Shown: positions 1 to 7,056 of the stretch, piece after piece | Layout of the letters: every line of letters starts with the position of its first letter | Position numbering within the stretch: the stretch's first letter is position 1 | NCBI RefSeq assembly: GCF_000143415.4 | Contig: NW_003314457.1 | Location: 1-9,019 of the forward strand | Direction: 5' to 3' | DNA length: 9,019 bases | Source: Selaginella moellendorffii | Lineage: Eukaryota; Plantae; Lycopodiophyta | Program-made: the position numbers and the translations under genes | The notes under the pieces: model-generated | What the model saw: only the letters and a program-made list of their open reading frames with translations | Told to the model about the DNA's origin: nothing | Database searches by the model: none

Positions 1-490
1 CTTAGGGGATGTAGGAGTGATCATGTCACATGCAATAGGTAAGGGGATTGATGCCCTCACCTCTGTGATTTTATAGAATTATATATAGTGATGATTTTGA
101 GTTGCTCATTAGTCTTGTTTGTTGTTCAGAAAAACTTATCTATAAAACCACTCCTCAAGTATGCTCTCCATCTTTTGCTATTGCTGCCACTCAGTTGCAC
201 TTCTCCTTAGAGCTATTGTAGATCTCGAATGGCCACAAAAGAGAAGATGTGATAAACACGGCATGGATAATCCAAACTACATTCTTGCATCCATCAGATC
301 AATCTCATAGGATAGTTTAAATTGCATTCTTTTATCCCTTAGTTTAGTCTCACATTGGCACCACAAAACTCTCAACAATAGCATATAGCCTAGATAGATA
401 TTCATTCATCTCATTTCAAAATCCAAAAGTTTCTATGCTACTTGCTTTCAGAAATCCCAAGTTTTTATAGCAAGAAAAGGGCTAAATGTA

Positions 491-779
491 TTCTTAACTG
501 TCTGGAGAACAATTTGCTTTTTTTTATAAGAGATAGGTTAATTAGTTCATGAGTTGTTTGCATGCTTAGAGCAAGTAACATAAAAACTTTTGAAAGTGCT
601 TTATAGATCTCATTGTGAGGTCCAGAAGAATGCCTAACTTGCATCCTAAATCCCATGGAAGCATTAATAAATCCCAAGTTATCACAACAAATGAAGGGCT
701 ACAGAATTGAAAAAAAAAAGTTCTTACCAATTTGGAGAACAATTTGCTTTTCTATAAAAGGTAAGTTCGTTGGTTCATC
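491..779. repeat. Diverged ~60-bp direct repeat pair (about 491-550 and 721-779)
   Basis: An identical 19-bp core TGGAGAACAATTTGCTTTT occurs at 503-521 and 733-751. The flanks also align (TTCTTA upstream; TATAA.AG.TA.GTT..TT.GTTCAT downstream). Confidence 0.75.
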
Positions 780-907
780 ACCAAAAGCAATATCAAATAA
801 CACCATGTCAAAGTTATATCATTCGATTTCTTTGTGAATATGTTGTTATGAATGGTACTTGACAATAATATTTTATGAGTGATAGAACAATTCTCACAAT
901 GAACAAG

Positions 908-1221
908 CCATACTGTCATGGAGTTATCTGTAACAATGAGTCTAGTTTCTTTAAGCTCCTACTTTGATCCTCTGTTTCTCAGTTATGCTACTGTTGAGCA
1001 CTTCAGTGGCCTCCCATACTACTTGTTCCTGTGCTTTGATGCCAAACTGCGAGAGTAAAGAGCACACCAATCCCATCACTTGTGTGGAATCCAAATGCAA
1101 AAGTGTTATTAGGTAACATCCATGGTGGCTGCTCCACACCAAGCATGTCTCCCAGTCCAATCCTCTTGCAATTCAGCACTAAGAGCATCAGTAGAACTAG
1201 CATCATTAGTTTTGCCGCCAT
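908..1221 (-). pseudogene. Decayed N-terminal fragment of a G-type (bulb-type) lectin S-domain receptor-like kinase: signal peptide plus partial B-lectin domain
   Basis: From ATG 1221: MAAKLMMLVLLMLLVLNC (hydrophobic signal peptide), then WMLPNNTFAFGF...LFTLAVWHQSTGT, frameshift near 1023, VVWEA..., frameshift near 970, GSK*ELKETRLIVTDNSMTVW. This matches the B-lectin motif order (W.SP..TF.FGF, LAIW, TVVW.A, S.LEL...G.L.L.D....VW). It has two frameshifts and one stop. Confidence 0.75.
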
Positions 1222-1771
1222 CAGGACAAAAAAATCTTGTTCTTTGTCCTGTAAATGAAGCTCACTAGTTAGAAAAGAAGTGAATTCCAAAAGCTATTTG
1301 ATATCAAAATTACAATTTGACTTGGTTGATGTCAACTACAAGATATCCTCCATGATTTCTCATATCCTTCTGCTTTTTGCTACGAATTCACAGCAGTAAA
1401 ACAATTGAAAAGAAAACTGATCATACCTCACAAAAACTACTTATAATAGTAGTATCCTTAGCAAAGTCAACCTGAAAGTAGATGACTTTTATAATAATTG
1501 ACTTGGGCTTTGATCAATTCAATCCGGGAACGGATATGAAAGAATCACAATTTAAAACAATAGAATTGCAAAAAAGAAGAAAAACTTGGTGAGAGAAAGC
1601 TTTGGAGAAACCATCCTGCCACTCTCTTCAACTTAGTACAGTAGAGTTTTGGCTGACTTCTTGCACGGAAGCACTGTTAGCCCTTGGAGATCACCTGAAC
1701 TAACCTTTGGATTTAGATTCATAATGCTTGAGTCTTCAAGCACCCAGAACTTCAATCTCATGATCTAGTGA

Positions 1772-4038
1772 GTGCCTACCCAGCCTCTTGCAGATATTCC
1801 TTATCGTTTTTGGACCTGGAAGCAAGTCACCTTGAGACATCTACAAGTTTTTGGATGCATAGCTTATGCGAAAGTTTCTAACAGTCATCGGAGAAAATTG
1901 GAGCCGAAGAGCATTCCTTGCATCATGGTTGGCTATTGTCTCGAGACTAAAGCTTATCGTCTTTACAACATGGCCACCAGATCAATTCTTATCAGCAGAG
2001 ATGTCAAGTTTGATGAGAATTCTCTTTACAAGCATCGTTATAAAAATCCTAAGACTCCATCTTATGTTTTATTTTACGAAGAGGACGTTTCTAGGGCATA
2101 TGGGCCGCCAGCAGCAGCTGCGAGTTCAGCAGCCTCAGCCTCAGCAGGAAGCAGAGCAGCAGCCTCCACTTGACACACCCGAGCAAGAAGATGAAGCAGT
2201 TACGCCATTTGATGACAGCTTCATTTTTCCAGGTTTGTTTGATGAACCAGAGGAGGAGGAGTCTCCACCAGGGCAGCGACAAGCAGAGCCTAGTACTCCC
2301 GTGGCTGCAAGATCTCAGCAAGAAGCCGATCCAATTATTCCCGGCAAATCTTATCGGACTGTCACACGCAGTGGGAGAGTTAGTTATTTATTGCAAGCAG
2401 CTCGGGATGCTCAAGACTCCGGCCTCAAATTGCTGTCGGTGATGGAGCAGCTTCCTCCTGAACCACGCACAGTTTGTGCAGCTTTCCAATCACCAGAAGC
2501 AGGGCAGTGGAAGGCTGCTATGCAGGAGGAGTACAACTCTTTGATACGAAACAACGTTTGGGAGCTTGTTTCTCTTCCACCAGGCAGGAAAATCGTCAGT
2601 ACCAAGTGGATATTCAAGTGCAAATTGGATGCCACTGGAGCAGTGACTCTGACATCGAGCTCACTTTGTAGCGAGAGGATTTAGTCAAGTACCTGGTGTG
2701 GATTATTCTGAAACTTTTTCGCCAGTGGCTAAAATGTCTTCTATACGAATTATTCTACGTCTTGCAGCATATTGGGATCTGGAAGTCCATCAGCTTGATA
2801 TCAAGACAGCGTTTTTATATGGCGAGCTTAAGGAGGAAGTCTATATTTCTCAGCCAGATGGATTCATTATTCCAGGACAGGAGCAGAAGGTATGTCGACT
2901 TAAGCGTGCACTATATGGCTTGAAGCAGTCTCCTAGAGCATGGTACGAGCACATGGACAGGTTTCTTTCTTCCATTGGCTTGAAGAAGATTTTTTGCAGA
3001 TAGCAACGTGTATATTTTTAGCTCTGGAGATGCATTTTCTATTTTAGCGCTATATGTCGACGATAATATTATGGCAGCACGTCCGCCAACAATCATCAGC
3101 TATTTTGAGCGACAGTTTTTATCCCAGTTCGAGATTTCAGCGACTGGACGTCTTTATTATTGCCTTGGGATCCAGGTGCTTCAGGACAGAGAAGCAGCAG
3201 TCATCGAGCTCTCTCAAGCACATTATGTTGAAGAAATTTTGCAGAAGTTCAACATGCAAGATTGCCAGCCCGTGGCAACGCCAATGGATCCAGGTCTTGT
3301 GCTGTCTATTGAGCAAAGTCCCAACTCTGAGGAGGAGAAAGCAGTGATGGCGAGAGTTCCATATCAACAAGCAGTTGGATGCCTTATTTATCTAGCCATC
3401 AGTACCAGACCAGACAGTTGGAGCAGTCTCAAGATTTCTTGAGAATCCAGGAGAAGTTCATTGGAGTGCTGTTAAACGAATTTTCAGGTATTTGCGAGGA
3501 ACAGCAAGATATCGACTGAGCTAGCAGCGTGTCTAGCAGCAGTGGGAGCTCCAGGAGTATGCAACTTGTTGGCTTTACAGACTCAGATTGGGCTGGTGAC
3601 AAGGATACAAGAAGATCAACTTCAGGATATCTTTTCTTCCTGGACGGTGGACTTGTCAGCTGGAGCAGCAAGCGACAAGCAATCACACCACTTTCATCCA
3701 CTGAGGCCGAATATATTGGTGCAACAACAGCAGCTCAAGAAGCGAGGTGGCTTACAGATTTTCTGGAGCAGATTGGTGTTCCAGTGCAGCAGCCAGTGAC
3801 TTTGTTTTGTGACAATTGAAGCGCGATCGAGTTGTCGAAAAATCTGAAGTTCCACGGCCGCACCAAACACTTTGAGATAACGGTACATTTTATTCGAGAG
3901 CAGGTTCTAGCGAACAGAGTGCAGCTGAGCTATGTTTCGACGAAGCAGATGACAGCAGACATTATGACAAAAGCTTTGAGCAAAGACAAGTTTCAACAAC
4001 ATCGTGAAGGTATGAGCGTTATAGACCCTCACGGCTGA
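1772..4038 (+). pseudogene. pol: Copia pol polyprotein remnant (integrase C-terminal/SH3-like region, reverse transcriptase, RNase H)
   Basis: Integrase C-term: HLQVFGCIAY...RKLEPKS..CIMVGY...KAYRLY...SRDVKFDE. RT: WKAAMQEEYNSL..NNVWELV.LP.GRK.V.TKWIFK, FVARGFSQVPGVDYSETFSPVAK, HQLDIKTAFLYG, LYGLKQSPRAWY, YVDD (3053-3064). RNase H: GFTDSDWAG, SWSSKRQ, SSTEAEY, RTKH, ADIMTKAL. Frameshifts lie at about 2040-2170, 2649, 2990-2995 (T6 run), 3416 and 3522, with an in-frame TGA at 3817-3819. Confidence 0.95.
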
Positions 4039-4045
4039 GTGGGAA
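4037..4045 (+). other. Polypurine tract (plus-strand primer site) of the copia element
   Basis: GAGTGGGAA overlaps the pol stop codon (TGA 4036-4038) and lies immediately 5' of TGTAG, the typical copia arrangement. Confidence 0.7.
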
Positions 4046-4200
4046 TGTAGATAGCCAGCCTGGAGTCTAATCCAAGGTGGCAAGAGATTCATGTGGTCGC
4101 TGAAATGAGCGGACACAAGACTTGTATATATTTACATGGAGAAAATGAAAAAGTAGTAGTTAGGGGAAACAGAGTATGTCATTTAACTAGAAATCTAACA
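4046..4200 (+). repeat. Putative 3' LTR (~155 bp)
   Basis: Begins TGTAGAT right after the PPT and ends ATCTAACA (reverse complement TGTTAGAT), giving TG...CA termini with a near-perfect short inverted repeat. It has an internal TATA-like TATATATT (about 4125-4132). RLK coding sequence resumes directly after 4200. No second LTR is in the window to confirm it. Confidence 0.7.
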
Positions 4201-5465
4201 GATCAATGAGTTCGCAAGACTACGCGCTTGACTATGACGATGCGAATGTGTTGAGGAGAGTTACGCTGGACGACAATGGCAATCTCAGGATCTACAGCTT
4301 CAGCCCGAAGAACAAGAGTGGCTCCTGGAGCATCGTCTGGCAAGCCATCATGCTCGAGTGCGACATCTTTGGAACATGTGGACCTTTCACTCTCTGCACC
4401 TACAGGCCCACAAAAACTTGCAGCTGTCCTCCTGGCTTTCACCGAGTTGATCCAAACAACGAATCGAAGGGATGTGACTACGACATACCTCTGGGAGCTT
4501 GTCAAAACTCCCCAATCTCGGTGAAGCTTGTCCACGTGAATCGAGCAGACTACTACTTCAACGATTACAACTTCGACTTGACCGTCAAGTCTCTCGAAGA
4601 GTTAGGTGTATAGAGGAAACATGGCCATGAAGAACATCACCACCGTGAACCAGGCCGAGAAGCAATTCAAGGCCGAGGTGAGCACGATTGGAAGAGTACA
4701 CCATGTCAACTTGGTCCGCCTCCTCGGCTACTGTGCCGAGGGAGGCTGCCACCTCCTCGTCTACGAGTTCATGCCAAACGGTTCTCTAGACCACCACCTC
4801 TCGGCCTCGTCCTCATTCGCCGCCTCGCAAGAGATCTTCTCAACCTGGGAGACACGACACTCAATTGCGCTGGGGATTGCCAAGGGATTGACATACCTCC
4901 ACGAGAAGTGTGGCGAGCGCATCATCCACTGCGATATCAAGCCACAAAACGTGCTGCTGGACGAGAGCTCCGGCCAAAGGTGTCCGACTTTGGGCTGGCG
5001 AGGATGATGAGAAAAGAATCGATGAGCGTCACCACCACGCAAGGAACCAGGGGATACCTCGCTCCAGAGTGGCTCGAGAGCCAATCCATCACCCCCAAGG
5101 CCGATGTCTATAGCTTTGGGATGCCCCTGCTGGATATCTTGAGCGGCAAGAGGAAGGCCCTCATGGAGCTGGGCAGCGGAGACAAGGAATGCGAGAATGC
5201 GCCACTGCCGCCGCCTGGCGAGTGGTATTTCCCGATCTACGCCTTCCACAAGTACATGACCTCGGAGCTGGAGAGCATTGCCAATCCAAACCCGGCGAGC
5301 AGCGCTCAAGATCGCACTGTGGTGCATCCACCAGGATCCAGGATCCAGGCCAGCGATGAGCCGTGTGGTGCAGAGATCCTGGAGGGCAAAGCGGAGGCGC
5401 CCGCGCCAGACGCTGGCGAGAATGATCTGGCGAGAATGATCTTGGGAATGCGCTTTAACCCTTAG
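4201..5465 (+). pseudogene. G-type lectin S-receptor-like Ser/Thr kinase pseudogene (SD2-type, intronless, non-RD): S-locus glycoprotein end, EGF-like domain, start of PAN, kinase
   Basis: LRRVTLDDNGNLRIYS; EGF-like CDIFGTCGPFTLC...CSCPPGF..VDP....KGC; kinase EKQFKAEVSTIGRVHHVNLVRLLGYC, LVYEFMPNGSLD, GLTYLHEKCGERIIHCDIKPQNVLLD, KVSDFGLA, GTRGYLAPEWL, KADVYSFG, and in another frame ALKIALWCIHQDPGSRPAMSRVVQ (5302-5373). It lacks the N-terminus, most of PAN, the TM helix and the Gly-loop. Frameshifts lie near 4606, 4969, 5301 and 5374. Confidence 0.93.
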
Positions 5466-6849
5466 TTTTCTTATTTAATATTAATTTTTTGAATGAAATA
5501 ATTAGATATAATAATAAGTAGATTATGATGGTATAATTTATACAATTTTAATTCACCATTGCAATTTATAAAGGGACTATGAGCATTTATTTTGGTGGTA
5601 TTTCATTCACATCTCAAATAGAACAAAGTAAATGGAATAACATAAAATATAGGTGTTTGTGATCTTTATGTTTTGGCTATCATTTTTTCATTATCTTAGT
5701 TTTGGTTAAGGATATGTGATCTTAAGCCAAACCCAAGCTCAGCTTAGCTCACCCATGAGCCAGCTTGCTATTGCTGGGCTCAATTCTATATTGAAGGTAT
5801 TAAGCCCTTCAAAAGTGACAAAGACAGAAATTCTTTTCTTCCTGGAAGTTCTCCACAACCGTATCAAGCTTTTATAGACTTCTAAAAAGAACATGATCTA
5901 GCTGTTGAAAATAACTAGACTAAGAGGTGTTGACCAAACTTGAACAATTGCAGCATTTTTGGTGTGGAAATCCACACTATTTCCACAAAAAGCATCCAAG
6001 GGCACAATAGTGATCTGGCTGCTACAGGCACCTACTTTCTTGTTGCAAGAAAGTGTGGGTGATGGAAGATGAAGAAACCATTGCTTGGCAGCCTTGTTGC
6101 ACCAAGGCGAGTGATCTTCTTTAATATATTATTTCCTTTGACCCTGATGACCTTGAAAACCAATAAAAATAAAGGTTATTTTAAGAATATTCTTTTAGAC
6201 CAAAAGTATAAAGGTTAAAGGTTAAAAAGAGATTTACAGCTGACACATAGATTGCACAAAAGGCTTTTACCTTGGGAAAATTAGGGTCCAACACCAAACA
6301 GTAACATCATAGAGATGTAGGTGGGATGCTTGATGTTAACGAATGTACCACCTATCCAGATGCCCATGCGGCATAAGGATGGGCATCTAGATAACTTGTA
6401 TGCAGTAAAGCTTGATCTGTATTAAGGAACAAGGTGTGCTTTCCTAAACTCCAAGCATGGTGTGACACCATGTAGCTCAGTCAGGCACTCAATTTTGAGA
6501 ATATTCTTTCTTAATCTAGGTGTTAACTACCAGTTTAATCCAATTGTGCTAATTTTATTGAACCAATATTAGATGCAAAGTTTAGATTTTGTACTTTCTA
6601 AACAAATATATTGAGATTTGAAGTTCAATGTCCTCATTGAATAATAAGTAACACCATCATGTATTACTTTTTTCATTCTTAGCACCAAGCCAATATTTGT
6701 CAATGGTTCGACATTGAAGGCTCACTATGCTTTACCCATCCTCTGAAGAGTGTAGTCTTTCCACATTAGAGTCTTATTAAATCACGGGTGGTAGTTCTTT
6801 AGGGGGAGGTACACCTCCCAACAAAAGAGGTTTACATAGCTTAGCCTTG

Positions 6850-6885
<36 letters not shown>
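6850..6885. repeat. (ATT)12 microsatellite
   Basis: Twelve perfect ATT units, about 130 bp upstream of the putative TATA box of the next gene. Confidence 0.97.
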
Positions 6886-7016
6886 TATAAGTTTAAGATC
6901 ATTAGTATAAAAAAAGGAGAAAACATGAGATCACATAAATCAGAATATTTGGGTTTGATAAAAGTCTAGCAACTGATTAGTTGTACCTTAGATGTTTGAC
7001 TTAATGCAGTGCAGAT

Positions 7017-7023
7017 TATAAAA
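7017..7023 (+). promoter_or_regulatory. Putative TATA box of the Ole e 1/PAC gene
   Basis: TATAAAA starts 40 nt upstream of the ATG at 7057. Confidence 0.5.
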
Positions 7024-7056
7024 GGGCACTCTTTTACCTCATATTACCATGTAAGT

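Larger units (their letters stand above)
1772..4200 (+). mobile_element. 5'-truncated, degenerate Ty1/copia LTR retrotransposon (integrase C-terminus, RT, RNase H, PPT, 3' LTR)
   Basis: The integrase-RT-RNase H order is diagnostic of copia. The pol stop is followed immediately by a purine tract and a TG...CA-bounded LTR-like segment. No gag, protease, integrase core or 5' LTR is visible. Confidence 0.95.

Noticed and set aside
1-460. Possible pseudo-exon fragments on the minus strand
   Set aside because: The minus-strand frames I translated contain stops and show no identifiable motifs.
1560-1770. Coding-looking minus-strand stretch (LEDSSIMNLNPKVSSGDLQGLTVLPCKK...)
   Set aside because: Short, interrupted by stops, and with no family I can recognise.
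2091-4116. Several short antisense and off-frame ORFs within the copia element
   Set aside because: By-products of pol sequence. There is no evidence of an env-like or extra gene.
4761-5327. 188-aa antisense ORF, and 4203-4535 on the minus strand
   Set aside because: Shadow ORFs of GC-rich kinase coding sequence with no recognisable motifs.
5756-5790. Hairpin as a Helitron 3' end
   Set aside because: It is followed by CTAT rather than CTRR, and no matching 5' TC terminus could be identified.
6695-6885. tRNA-derived SINE (GGTTCGA B-box-like motif plus ATT tail)
   Set aside because: The B box is incomplete, and there is no convincing A box or target-site duplication.
7009-7056. ORF-track starts at 7009 (GTG) and 7242 (TTG)
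   Set aside because: Non-ATG starts. The ATG at 7057 gives a proper signal peptide, and 7242 lies in the intron.
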